Shown: piece after piece, positions 39,164-48,870 of the stretch | How positions within the stretch are numbered: position 1 is the first letter of the stretch | Layout: every line of letters starts with the position of its first letter | NCBI GenBank assembly: GCA_039934415.1 | Contig: JBDTME010000007.1 | Span: 3,955-67,954 of the forward strand | DNA from: Patescibacteria group bacterium | GTDB lineage: Bacteria > Patescibacteriota > Microgenomatia > UBA1400 > PJMF01 | DNA: 64,000 bases | Reading direction: 5' to 3' | The notes under the pieces: model-generated | What the model was told of the DNA's origin: nothing | The model's input: the letters and a program-made list of their open reading frames with translations, nothing else | Database searches by the model: none | Position numbers and translations under genes: made by a program

Positions 39164-41359
39164 TTAAATTTGATCTGGCATTTGAACAACTGCTACATTT
39201 TCAATAACGAGATCGCGTCCCCATTGGCTAAAATTAATAGTTTCAACTTGCCCTGTTTTATTCACTAATCTATCTTGACCGAAAAATGGATCAACACCTG
39301 TAAAATTGCCTTTTTCATCAACACCGTCAATCATTACATAATGTTCAGTTCTGTGCTCAGTACCATCTCGATCTCTGTTGACTACCACAACTAACGCGAA
39401 CAATACATTGCCTTGTTCTATCGTTTTCTTCATAACTGCCTCATTCTCGGGAGCAAGATTGTTCACACTCTGAAAGAGTGTATCAGCCACTAACTCACCT
39501 TGATTGTTTTGCTTGCTAAATAACCACTCTGTTTCAAGACCAACTGTATTATTCAATGTGTCTACTAATGGAGTCATGTGCATTCCATGCCCCTGAAATC
39601 CTGAATCAGCTACTATTTTCTCTAAATCACAGTTTTTCCCAGCTTGTTGACAAATATTGTAAAGTGTTACAAGGCCACATCCGTTGGACTGCAAGTCAAT
39701 AAATTGTGTTTGTAAAACCTGTGAAGATCTCACATCTCCTAAAACTGGAACCGGTACTTGAATCTTTAAAGGATCTTCACCACCACAACTCTTATTATTG
39801 CAACTTCCTGTCCCAGTACTGCAAGGTCCAACATCAGAACCACCATCTTTACACCAATACTTCATTCTCGAACTATCTAAACAACCTGCAACTGCATTGA
39901 TTCCCCCATTACTACTACAAACACCTTGTGCATCAACAATCAATTTGCTGACATTATTAGTACTTGAACTAATCGCAGCTGTTGGTTTGGCACTTGGGAT
40001 AGGAGTTGGCGAACTGAATCTCAAAGAAGTAGTAGGCGTAGGTTGAGGTGGTAAAACTCCAACTAATGGATCCTGTCCTCCACATGTATTGCCACGACAC
40101 GTTCCTGCTCCCGTACTACACTTCTCAGTGTCATAAGTATTTGCATCTGTACACCAGTACTTCATAGTAGAAGTGTTGATACAACCTGCAACAGATTTAA
40201 TGCCACTATTAGCTTCACAAACACCTTCAAGTTGAGATGCTTTAGGAGTTGGCAAAACGTTACCGGCTATAACTTGAGTTGGTAAAAGTTTTGGCGTCGC
40301 TGTTGGTAAATTTCCAGACAAAGGATCTACACCATCACACTTACTATTCCTGCATGTTCCTGCGCCTGTACTGCACGTCTCAACGTCATACCCACCATCA
40401 TTACACCAATACTTCATGTCAGAAGTATTTAGACAACCAGCTATCGACTTGATTCCTTTTTGTGCGGCACAAACTCCAGACAGTTGTAGAGTTTGTTGAG
40501 AAGTAACTACACTGCTCCGAGATGGCAAGCTCGTTGGAGTAACTCCTGTTGAAATAAGAGTTGGCGTTGCTTGAACCGCCTTTTGAACTTGAGCGACATT
40601 ATTTTTGGGGGTTGAAGTGGGAGCTGTTGCACAGCGACTGCTATAGGAACTTGAATAAGTCCCCGCACTATTGATACAAACATACAAGATATCACCACGA
40701 CATACTTCACTCCCTGGAATGCATGATCCACTAGGAGGATTCGTTCGTGCAAAATCAGAAATTTGAGTTAATTTTGGATCAATTGTTGATTGAGGAGAAG
40801 GAGAACAACTATTTCCGCTACATCCATTTGGACATCTATAGCTTGAATACGTGCCAGCACTATTGGTGCAAGTGTACAGGATACTCGCAGAACACGAAGT
40901 ACTACCGGGAATACATGAACCGCTTGGACCTCCAACAGCGATAGAAGTTGGAAGCGGTCTCAGACTTGTTGCCGGAGCACATTTACCATTTACACACCCA
41001 TTTGAGCACGCAAAACTTGAGTACGCGCCAGCACTATTGGTACAGGTGTATTGGATAGTACCTAAACATGAAGTGCTACCTGGTATACAGGTTCCACTTG
41101 GAAAATTCTCGGTTGACTTAACAACGGTGGGAACTGCTGATAATCCTGTTGGGGAAATAGCAATAACTGTTGCATACGGATCAAAAAATGCTCTTTCTCG
41201 AACATCCTGACTTTGTTTCAATACAGTTAGTGATAACAGAGCAACTAGCCCCATTCCTAACAATACAAACACCGGAACAAAAACTTTAGATTGGGAGAGT
41301 AGTAAAGTATATTTTTTTGGCATGAAACGCGATGTAGCATTCAGTATAACTTCAGACAC
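39164..41359 (-). CDS. Surface protein with Cys-rich repeats and C-terminal C39/papain-like peptidase
   Basis: TM anchor (QSQDVRERA), two families of three Cys repeats, Pro/Thr linkers, QSNGCG...EHYVMIDG...DP catalytic pattern. Confidence 0.75.
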   Translation of the reverse strand: MSEVILNATSRFMPKKYTLLLSQSKVFVPVFVLLGMGLVALLSLTVLKQSQDVRERAFFDPYATVIAISPTGLSAVPTVVKSTENFPSGTCIPGSTSCLGTIQYTCTNSAGAYSSFACSNGCVNGKCAPATSLRPLPTSIAVGGPSGSCIPGSTSCSASILYTCTNSAGTYSSYRCPNGCSGNSCSPSPQSTIDPKLTQISDFARTNPPSGSCIPGSEVCRGDILYVCINSAGTYSSSYSSRCATAPTSTPKNNVAQVQKAVQATPTLISTGVTPTSLPSRSSVVTSQQTLQLSGVCAAQKGIKSIAGCLNTSDMKYWCNDGGYDVETCSTGAGTCRNSKCDGVDPLSGNLPTATPKLLPTQVIAGNVLPTPKASQLEGVCEANSGIKSVAGCINTSTMKYWCTDANTYDTEKCSTGAGTCRGNTCGGQDPLVGVLPPQPTPTTSLRFSSPTPIPSAKPTAAISSSTNNVSKLIVDAQGVCSSNGGINAVAGCLDSSRMKYWCKDGGSDVGPCSTGTGSCNNKSCGGEDPLKIQVPVPVLGDVRSSQVLQTQFIDLQSNGCGLVTLYNICQQAGKNCDLEKIVADSGFQGHGMHMTPLVDTLNNTVGLETEWLFSKQNNQGELVADTLFQSVNNLAPENEAVMKKTIEQGNVLFALVVVVNRDRDGTEHRTEHYVMIDGVDEKGNFTGVDPFFGQDRLVNKTGQVETINFSQWGRDLVIENVAVVQMPDQI

Positions 41360-41690
41360 TAAAATTACTCAATAGGTAATTTTCAGCAAATTCTAGCGCG
41401 TAAAAAAACAGAACTCACCCCAATTTTTTACCGATAAATCGGTTTTTTTTGGAGTGAGCTTCTCACCGGGAACAAATGCGAGTATACCCTCGCTGCTCCC
41501 CGTTTTAAATGACAAAAAAAGACCGTTGAATCAATTTATAATTTTCCCAATCAAGCAAAGGTTTATATTTATAAGTCTAGCAAAACGACTCTTTTTGTAA
41601 AATGTATTGATTTTATCTTTCAATTCTTACAAGAAAATGAAATCTAGAAAAGTAAATAAGAAAAGTTGCTCAAAAAGAAAAAGCACTCAG

Positions 41691-42005
41691 TTATTTTTTT
41701 CCAAAAATAAGTCTGAAAATAGCCATAAGTATTCTTACTGGCAATAAGACAATCCATTCAACCCAGTTGCGATCTTCTTCTCCTCTCACCCACACCGATA
41801 ACACCAACCAATCTTTTTTATTTTCCAATAATTTCGCAACGACTTGATGATTCCGTCCATTAATTTCTCGAATAAATTTGACAGTATCTCTTTTTTTAGC
41901 AGGAAAAGACCGGTCAGGATTACTCAGTGTTCTTTCAATATCAGACCGAGACAAATGCCGTTGATTCATCCGGTCTTGAGCATGGTTAGTGAAAATGATC
42001 GACAT
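41691..42005 (-). CDS. DUF4258-like protein
   Basis: FTNHAQDRMNQR.LS..DI...L..PD. Confidence 0.75.
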   Translation of the reverse strand: MSIIFTNHAQDRMNQRHLSRSDIERTLSNPDRSFPAKKRDTVKFIREINGRNHQVVAKLLENKKDWLVLSVWVRGEEDRNWVEWIVLLPVRILMAIFRLIFGKK

Positions 42006-42010
42006 AGAAA

Positions 42011-43717
42011 TTACTTTAGACGCTTCATCACCTCTTCTAATTCAATGACCTCACTGTTTTCCTCGTTTCTCTTTTTCCATTCCAATTTCTCACCATTTCG
42101 AGGTGAAGCAACTAAACGCACAGGAATACCAATCAAATCAGCATCAGCAAATTTATTTCCCGCTGATGTATCTCTATCATCCCACAATACTTCAACACCC
42201 TCTTTCTCAAATTGCTGATACACCTTTTCGGCAAACTCCTCAGCACCTTTCATTGAAACCAAGTGAACCTGAAACGGTGCAATCTGAGCAGGCCAAACCA
42301 TACCTTTGTCGTCGCCAAATTTCTCAGCAATAACACCCATTACTCGACTCGTTCCAATGCCATATGAACCCATGAAAATAGGTTGTTGTTGACCTTTTTC
42401 ATCTACAAATTGGTAGTTGAACGCCTTAGTAAACTTCACTCCCAAAGGGAAAATATTGCCAACTTCAGCAGCCTTAAATACCTCATACTCTTCACTATTT
42501 TCTGGGAACCGATCACCTTGTCGTGCGATTTTAATATCAAAAAACTCTTTAGGTTCCGGTATATCTCGACCAAAATTAATATTAATTGAATGATAGTCAG
42601 TCTTATTAGCACCACATTCAAAGTTTTTGCGACCACTCATCGACTCGTCCATGAAGATTCGAACAGAATCAGGCAAATTTAAAATACCTGCATAACCAAC
42701 TTCAGCGCTAGTCACTTTTTTTACGACTTCCGCTCGAGCTAAAGTCAATTTAGAAACGCCTGCTACTTTACACAACTTCTCTTCATTAATTTCGTAATCA
42801 CCCCGAACAGCTGCAGCAATGACGTCACCCTTATCAGTCTCAAATAAAATTGTTTTGGTCGTTTTATCTATTGAGATTTTTAAATACTCGGCCAGCTGGG
42901 CAACTCCAATAATCCCCTTACCTATTATATCTTCGCGCTCTTTTATCTCTTCAGAGCTATCGTCTATGGTTGGAGCCAGACTTGGAGCAATCTCACGATT
43001 GAATGCCAAATTTTTACTTTTGACATAAAAAACCGTATCCTCGCCTGCTTCGCAACGCGCTTGAAACTCATGAGAAAAATCTTTGGTGAAGTCACCACCA
43101 GAAGCTAGGACAACCATTGTAAACTCACCCAATCCAAGACGTTCAAAAGTTTTGGTGTAAGCATCTTTCGCAACTTCATAGTACTTTTTCAAATCCTCTT
43201 CGCTTGTATGAAAACTGTATAAATCTTTCATTCGAAATTCTCGACAACGCAGTAAACCTGACTTTGCGCGAGGTTCATTGCGAAATTTACTCTGGATTTG
43301 ATACACCGCAAATGGAAAATCTTTATATGATCCATTAAATTTTTGTGCCAAAGGCGTAACGACGTCTTCATGAGTGCAGTTGAGAATATACTCTGCATCA
43401 TTTTTGGCTCTAGCTACTTCATTCGCCGGCACCGTCTTCATTAACACATCAACAGTTTCCAATCGACCAGTCGTTTCCCACAATAATTTTGGCACGATCG
43501 AAGGCATTAGCACTTCCTGGCCAATCTTATCCATCTCTTCTCGAACAATGTCTTCAATTTTATGTAAAACGCGCAATCCTAACGGCAAAAAGGTATACAC
43601 CCCAGCCATAGTTTGATCAATAAAACCAGCTTGGATGAGCAAACGAGCGTTTTTTGATTTGATGTCACCAACATTTTTGTTTGTTTTAGTAAACATTTTC
43701 GAATACTTCATATACAT
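42011..43717 (-). CDS. proS: Proline--tRNA ligase (bacterial type with editing insertion)
   Basis: FRNEPRAKSGLLRCREF.MKD.YSF, GANK, EVGNIF, MGSYGIG.SR. Confidence 0.97.
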   Translation of the reverse strand: MYMKYSKMFTKTNKNVGDIKSKNARLLIQAGFIDQTMAGVYTFLPLGLRVLHKIEDIVREEMDKIGQEVLMPSIVPKLLWETTGRLETVDVLMKTVPANEVARAKNDAEYILNCTHEDVVTPLAQKFNGSYKDFPFAVYQIQSKFRNEPRAKSGLLRCREFRMKDLYSFHTSEEDLKKYYEVAKDAYTKTFERLGLGEFTMVVLASGGDFTKDFSHEFQARCEAGEDTVFYVKSKNLAFNREIAPSLAPTIDDSSEEIKEREDIIGKGIIGVAQLAEYLKISIDKTTKTILFETDKGDVIAAAVRGDYEINEEKLCKVAGVSKLTLARAEVVKKVTSAEVGYAGILNLPDSVRIFMDESMSGRKNFECGANKTDYHSININFGRDIPEPKEFFDIKIARQGDRFPENSEEYEVFKAAEVGNIFPLGVKFTKAFNYQFVDEKGQQQPIFMGSYGIGTSRVMGVIAEKFGDDKGMVWPAQIAPFQVHLVSMKGAEEFAEKVYQQFEKEGVEVLWDDRDTSAGNKFADADLIGIPVRLVASPRNGEKLEWKKRNEENSEVIELEEVMKRLK

Positions 43718-43751
43718 CTTTCTTTTCTTTGATTAATAATAACAGGTACAA

Positions 43752-44012
43752 CAAAAAAAACCTCGTCTTCATCCACTACTCCGAAAACGGACTAATGAAC
43801 AAGGACGAGGTTTGCTCGTGGTACCACCTTGGTTTGTCTCAACGTCGCCGCTGAGATCTTTTCAACTGTCTTTGATATTCAACAACAGTGTAGCGTTTGA
43901 TGACCGGTGCTGGCGGAATGTGTTAGTACTGTGATGTCCACATCGGCTCTCGATTTTATCGATCAAGGGTTAGGAGCCCTTGCAAAGAAACTAAGTTCTT
44001 TGAAGCTATTCA
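43752..44012 (-). promoter_or_regulatory. T-box riboswitch of proS (atypical 5' domain)
   Basis: AAGGUGGUACCACG...CUCGUCCUU antiterminator, alternative terminator AACCUCGUC...GACGAGGUUUUUUUU, stem III with GCGA tetraloop. Confidence 0.92.
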
Positions 44013-44042
44013 ATGAATATTGTACACCAAAAAATCACTTGA

Positions 44043-44474
44043 TCAAGATCGCCGTCTCTTCTTGTCTCTTGATTGACCTCTTTGTTGAGTCTCAACAAGA
44101 TGCAACTCGTATTCATCTTGGACACCTGTTGGATCAATCTTCAACATTAAACCCTTTCTACCTGGCAATTGGTTAATGTAAGTTGAACGTAAAATCATGT
44201 CCCTAGCACGCCCAAAATCTGCGGATTTGATAATCAAACTGTCAACTCCTACATCCACAGTTACATCAACTTGGGCTCGAAACACAAACCGCATTCCTGA
44301 GGTAACTGCTATTGGCTGTTCCAATTCAGGGTGAAGTATTTCTCGATCTACCAGTAGTGCATAAATCAAGTTCGCCCAAGATACCATCCCAAAGCCATTT
44401 TTCTCAAAAGATGAACGAAAAAGTTCTCTTGGATCAACGGGTGATAGATCTCGTCCCTCTTCAATTTCTACCAT
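44043..44474 (-). CDS. Hypothetical protein
   Basis: ORF; no motif. Confidence 0.6.
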   Translation of the reverse strand: MVEIEEGRDLSPVDPRELFRSSFEKNGFGMVSWANLIYALLVDREILHPELEQPIAVTSGMRFVFRAQVDVTVDVGVDSLIIKSADFGRARDMILRSTYINQLPGRKGLMLKIDPTGVQDEYELHLVETQQRGQSRDKKRRRS

Positions 44475-44520
44475 AAAAACACCTTACTATGAAATGAAGG
44501 GGCAATTTTCTCATCTTTTA

Positions 44521-45414
44521 CTAGGAAAGCAAGTGATCAACAAACAATTGGGCGACGGACAAGATTTTAATCTTGTCGCCAATTTGAGAGTGATGGACAG
44601 AATCTGAAATGACAACTGAATCGATGGCCGGTTCCTCCATTTTCCTCATACCACCGTCAGCAAACAACCCGTGTGAAACAAAAAAATGAACTTCTCTGGC
44701 CCCATTTTCTTTCAAGAACTTGGCGACTTCGACTACAGTACCACCACTATTAATTACATCGTCATACAATAAACAAATCTTTCCGTCGATAGGATAGCCA
44801 GCCACTCCCAAAGTACTTACGTCACCCGAATCAAGATCTCGATGCTTATTAATATGTGCCAAATTAACATGCAACTGCTCTGCAAATGTACGTGATTGTT
44901 TAATGCCTCCGAAATCTGGACTCACCACTACTACATCCTTCATCTGAAATGTGTTTTTGGCATACTCAACAAATAAATTCAGCGCACGAATATACGTCGT
45001 AGGCACCGAGAAAAATCCAGGAATACTCGAGTTATGAAGATCTAAGAGAAAGACTCTCTTAGTATTCGCATGAGAAATAAGATCAGCTACCACCCGAGCC
45101 GCAATCGGCTCACCATCTCGGAACACTTTATCCTGCAAGGAGTATCCCATCCACGGGATAATCGCGCTCACTCGCTTTGAACCTGCCCGTTCAAGCGCAT
45201 CTGCAATTAATAGAAATTCCATGATATTTGAATCCACAGGCTGAGAAAACGACTGGACAATGACCACTTCCTGATTTCTCACTTCAGAAAGAATGCGGAT
45301 CCTCTTCTCGCCATTGGCAAATTGTTCAATAGAAACCTCACCAGGAATAGCATTTGCTTTTTCAGCAATCTTTTTTGCTAACACTGGGTTTGAAGATCCG
45401 GAAAAAATAAACAT
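44521..45414 (-). CDS. prs: Ribose-phosphate pyrophosphokinase
   Basis: FSGSSNP, FANGE, QDK...GEPI, VSPDFGG, DDVINSGGT. Confidence 0.97.
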   Translation of the reverse strand: MFIFSGSSNPVLAKKIAEKANAIPGEVSIEQFANGEKRIRILSEVRNQEVVIVQSFSQPVDSNIMEFLLIADALERAGSKRVSAIIPWMGYSLQDKVFRDGEPIAARVVADLISHANTKRVFLLDLHNSSIPGFFSVPTTYIRALNLFVEYAKNTFQMKDVVVVSPDFGGIKQSRTFAEQLHVNLAHINKHRDLDSGDVSTLGVAGYPIDGKICLLYDDVINSGGTVVEVAKFLKENGAREVHFFVSHGLFADGGMRKMEEPAIDSVVISDSVHHSQIGDKIKILSVAQLFVDHLLS

Positions 45415-45489
45415 ATGAAGTATTGTATCAAATACCAAAAGGGACGCGATCTCCACGTCCCTGTATTTTTATTTAATTAAACAACAAAC

Positions 45490-45723
45490 CTAGTAACTCA
45501 TGCCACTTCCACCAGTCAACAGCATAATTACAACTAAAAACAGTACCAACACGGCCCCGATCATCATCATGTTTTTTGGATCCATGTAAAAAGGATCCAT
45601 TGTGGAAGATTTTGACGCAGATTTTGCAGGAGCTCTCTTCACCATCTTGGTCTTTTTCATTGAAGACTTCGATTTCGTCATTGATTGCGACTTCATTTTC
45701 TTTTTGGATGTCTTGGCAGGCAT
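45490..45723 (-). CDS. Small protein with Lys/Ser-rich N-terminus and C-terminal TM
   Basis: AAAGGAG SD; tail-anchor architecture. Confidence 0.75.
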   Translation of the reverse strand: MPAKTSKKKMKSQSMTKSKSSMKKTKMVKRAPAKSASKSSTMDPFYMDPKNMMMIGAVLVLFLVVIMLLTGGSGMSY

Positions 45724-45788
45724 AAAACTCCTTTTTATCGAAATGTAATAAGTATCGATTCCTCAATATTAAGTATACATGAATTCCA

Positions 45789-46997
45789 TCACGGCTGCGG
45801 CGTATCTTTCAGTGTAATCGTATCAATAATTTGATTGAGCAATTTCCTGACTTCAATATTCGAATCATAGTTCAAAGCTATCTGCAACCAATTCCCAGAT
45901 GATAGTTGACCCACGTACTGCACTCGTCCAGCACTTTCATACGCTTTAAACTCTTTGATTCCAAAATCGCGGGTGGCTGACTGTGTCGCAGACTCAGCAG
46001 GTTGAGTATCAGATAAAGTCATTGCCAATAAACTGGAAAATCCACCAGAACTCTGAATCTCAGCTGTAGGGAAAATAAGAATATTGGTCGACTTTGAAAC
46101 ATCTGGAGCGTTTTTATCATTCGACTTTAATGTCACATTTGCAGGATATTTTAAAGAGTATCCAAAACTGTTCTCATAACTTTGCCATTGATTCAATCCA
46201 AGAGTGGGATCAACAGTGGAAGCAGAAATGCTATGGATGACTTGATCAAAAATAGCCAGTTGCGAAGCAATATTCCCCTCAGTGCTGACTTGAAGCACTT
46301 TTTTATCCAAGGCTACAAACACCTCTGGATACAACAACAAATTACTTCCTTTAGCAATTTCCCGCTGATAGATTGCCAATCCACTTGCACTCACTTTGGC
46401 AGACTCAGTGGCTACTCCAATCTTTAATCCTTGACGCTCATCTTGTGCTTTAGCAATGAGTTGTAGTTGCTCAGTCGTCGTCACTGATTGGTCAGTAGGT
46501 AACACACTAAAGATAATAGTGACCAGATCTGTCACTGTCGTAGGAGTTTTCAGTTGTACATGATTCAGGTCTGCTTCATCGACTACCCATCCTTGAGGGT
46601 ATCCGAATGAGAATCCTGCAGATGGATGCGTGTAGATTTGCCAACCAACCGGCACACCATTGGTGTTTCCAGATGGAAGCATAATTGGAGTCACAACCTG
46701 GTTCGCATCAATTTGCACAGGCGGAGTGGAAACGGTTTGACGACTGAGACTCTGCGTAAGAAAAATCTGATACCCAAAAATCAGTACCGCAGTCACTATT
46801 GGTAACAATACCAATAAGATTAGAACAACACGCCAAAATTTTTTATTCACGAGCTGCGTGGAAGATTGTTGATTCGTCTGAATAAGTACTTGAGCGCTAG
46901 GAACGTTTTGTTCAGTCGGATCTGGGAACTTATCTACCGCAGAAGGTACAGGAGGAGTTGGAACTACATTCGGCTGGGCAGTAACATTTTCGGGCAT
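45789..46997 (-). CDS. Membrane-anchored protein with tandem PsbP-like domains
   Basis: WQIYTH..GFSFGYP..W and WQSYEN..GYSLKYP repeats, each ending QVI/QII...I. Confidence 0.7.
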   Translation of the reverse strand: MPENVTAQPNVVPTPPVPSAVDKFPDPTEQNVPSAQVLIQTNQQSSTQLVNKKFWRVVLILLVLLPIVTAVLIFGYQIFLTQSLSRQTVSTPPVQIDANQVVTPIMLPSGNTNGVPVGWQIYTHPSAGFSFGYPQGWVVDEADLNHVQLKTPTTVTDLVTIIFSVLPTDQSVTTTEQLQLIAKAQDERQGLKIGVATESAKVSASGLAIYQREIAKGSNLLLYPEVFVALDKKVLQVSTEGNIASQLAIFDQVIHSISASTVDPTLGLNQWQSYENSFGYSLKYPANVTLKSNDKNAPDVSKSTNILIFPTAEIQSSGGFSSLLAMTLSDTQPAESATQSATRDFGIKEFKAYESAGRVQYVGQLSSGNWLQIALNYDSNIEVRKLLNQIIDTITLKDTPQP

Positions 46998-47011
46998 TAC
47001 AATACTATAGC

Positions 47012-48229
47012 TTAAATTGGCTTACTCTGAAAATACTGGAACACATCTGAGACTATTGACCAAATATCTTTAATTGAAATGAGAATGATTAAACCGAGTA
47101 AAAAAGCAAACCCTGCGTAATTCACTTTATTTTCAATCTGTTCTCTTTTTTTTCTGCCAATAAACTTTTCAGCAATCACAAAGAATGCTCGCCCACCATC
47201 CAGTGCTGGAATCGGTAGGAAATTTAGAATAGCTAAGTTAACCGATAACATTCCAGTAAATTTAAGTACCGTATCCCAACCACTTTGAAACAAGCCAAAC
47301 TTGGTTGCTTGATGCACAATCCCAATTGGTCCAGAAATATCTTGAGGGATTTCGGCATGAAAAACTAAACCAGTAATCATTGTTTTAAACCCTACCAAAA
47401 TTTGGTAACTCAATGACAACGACTCTTCAAATCCTACGAGTGCCCCTCGAAATGGCATCTGCCACCAAGGAAAGAAGTCATATACCACAACCGGTGGTGC
47501 AAAGCCCACGCCCAACGCTCCCTCGCCTTCTGGTCGCTTATCTCTAGGTCGCAAGTAAACAAACACCTCTTCTTCAACACCTTGTCGATCAAAGAACAAC
47601 TGAAGGTGTTCATCATTGTGTTGACTCACATAGTTCACAAAATCTGTGGTCGTACTAAATGACTGCTTCGTTTTATCGGTTGATTTCTCTGCTATGGCTG
47701 CTTCTACTCGATCTCCGGAAAGAATACCAGCTTCAGCAGCAGGACTCGCATCAATAACTTGATCAATGACTAACTCTTTTTCATTGACTACACGCGGGAA
47801 GCCTTGAACTGTATAGACGGTTGAAAAGGCAATGATTCCAAAAATGAAGTTAATGACCACGCCGGCTAATAACACAACCAAACGTGTTTTTCTTGATTTT
47901 TTATAGAAGGGCTCAAATGCAGATTGATGAGAGTCGCGATGAGCAGAGTGATTATCTTTGATTGCCTTACCTTCTTCTGGGCCGTCTTCTCCTTCCATCT
48001 TCACAAATCCACCAAACGGCAACCAGTTCAAGGTAAAAGGAATTCCACGCCAATGGAAAAGAACTCGAGCTCTCGGTGGATATCCAACTCCAAACTCTTC
48101 TATCCTGACTTTCAGCAACAAGGCCGTAATAAAATGACCAAGCTCATGAATGATGACCAAAAAAGATAAAATGATCAGAAAACCAATAATTGAGATGGTG
48201 GTATCACCAAAAATTTGAGTGAGCGGCAT
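47012..48229 (-). CDS. rseP: RIP metalloprotease RseP (M50 with PDZ)
   Basis: HELGH, PFGGFVKM, SPAAEAGI, NFLPIPALDGG. Confidence 0.94.
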   Translation of the reverse strand: MPLTQIFGDTTISIIGFLIILSFLVIIHELGHFITALLLKVRIEEFGVGYPPRARVLFHWRGIPFTLNWLPFGGFVKMEGEDGPEEGKAIKDNHSAHRDSHQSAFEPFYKKSRKTRLVVLLAGVVINFIFGIIAFSTVYTVQGFPRVVNEKELVIDQVIDASPAAEAGILSGDRVEAAIAEKSTDKTKQSFSTTTDFVNYVSQHNDEHLQLFFDRQGVEEEVFVYLRPRDKRPEGEGALGVGFAPPVVVYDFFPWWQMPFRGALVGFEESLSLSYQILVGFKTMITGLVFHAEIPQDISGPIGIVHQATKFGLFQSGWDTVLKFTGMLSVNLAILNFLPIPALDGGRAFFVIAEKFIGRKKREQIENKVNYAGFAFLLGLIILISIKDIWSIVSDVFQYFQSKPI

Positions 48230-48233
48230 AGGG

Positions 48234-48785
48234 TTAAATTGTCATTAAATCAGTTTCTTTTCTCTTTTTGACATCGTCGATCTTCAGTTCTAATTCTTTG
48301 ACTTTTTTATCCAATTCTTCTAACCAGTTTTCGATATTATCTTCACTTACGCTATCAGTTCCTTTTAAATTTTCAATTTCTTTGCGAATATCACCGCGCA
48401 GATTACGCAGCATGACTTTGCCACCTTCAATTTTCTGAGCCAATAACTTGACCATTTCTTGGCGACGTTCGGTTGTTAACGCCGGAATACCAATCCGAAT
48501 AATCTCACTATCAACAACAGGATTCAAATTTAAACCAGAAATCTGAATGCCTTTGGCAATTGTTTCCAACAGTGATTTATCCCAGGGTGAGACAACAAGC
48601 ATCGTCGGATCTTGAACGGTGACCGTCGCTAACTCGCTAATCTTCATCCGTGTCCCGTACGCTTCCACGACAACAGGATCCAGTAGTGAGGTATGAGCAC
48701 GACCAGTTCGCAAGCTCGAGATATCTTGCTGGATGTGATCCAGAATTTTTTGTGCTCTGTTTTGAAAATCATCAAATGTAAACAT
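48234..48785 (-). CDS. frr: Ribosome recycling factor
   Basis: LRTGRA, V.AYG, PALTTERRQEMVK. Confidence 0.96.
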   Translation of the reverse strand: MFTFDDFQNRAQKILDHIQQDISSLRTGRAHTSLLDPVVVEAYGTRMKISELATVTVQDPTMLVVSPWDKSLLETIAKGIQISGLNLNPVVDSEIIRIGIPALTTERRQEMVKLLAQKIEGGKVMLRNLRGDIRKEIENLKGTDSVSEDNIENWLEELDKKVKELELKIDDVKKRKETDLMTI

Positions 48786-48870
48786 TTTTCTTCCTTTATC
48801 AAGTGCAGGTAGTATATCATCTACAAACCAAGTATTTAGGTTCAAGTACATTTACGTTATAATTCCAGGG

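Noticed and set aside
39780-41090. Repeated DNA segments as CRISPR or mobile repeats
   Set aside because: In-frame degenerate protein repeats with no constant repeat-spacer period and no cas genes
43945-44010. Possible tRNA-Arg(CCT) gene
   Set aside because: Has the CTCCTAA loop but no 7-bp acceptor stem, D-loop GG or TTCG T-loop; treated as part of the T-box leader
43907-44176. 89-aa plus-strand ORF
   Set aside because: Antisense to the T-box leader and the upstream gene; no protein-like features
45473-45766. 97-aa alternative-frame ORF
   Set aside because: Overlapping 77-aa frame has the SD, an ATG start and a coherent architecture
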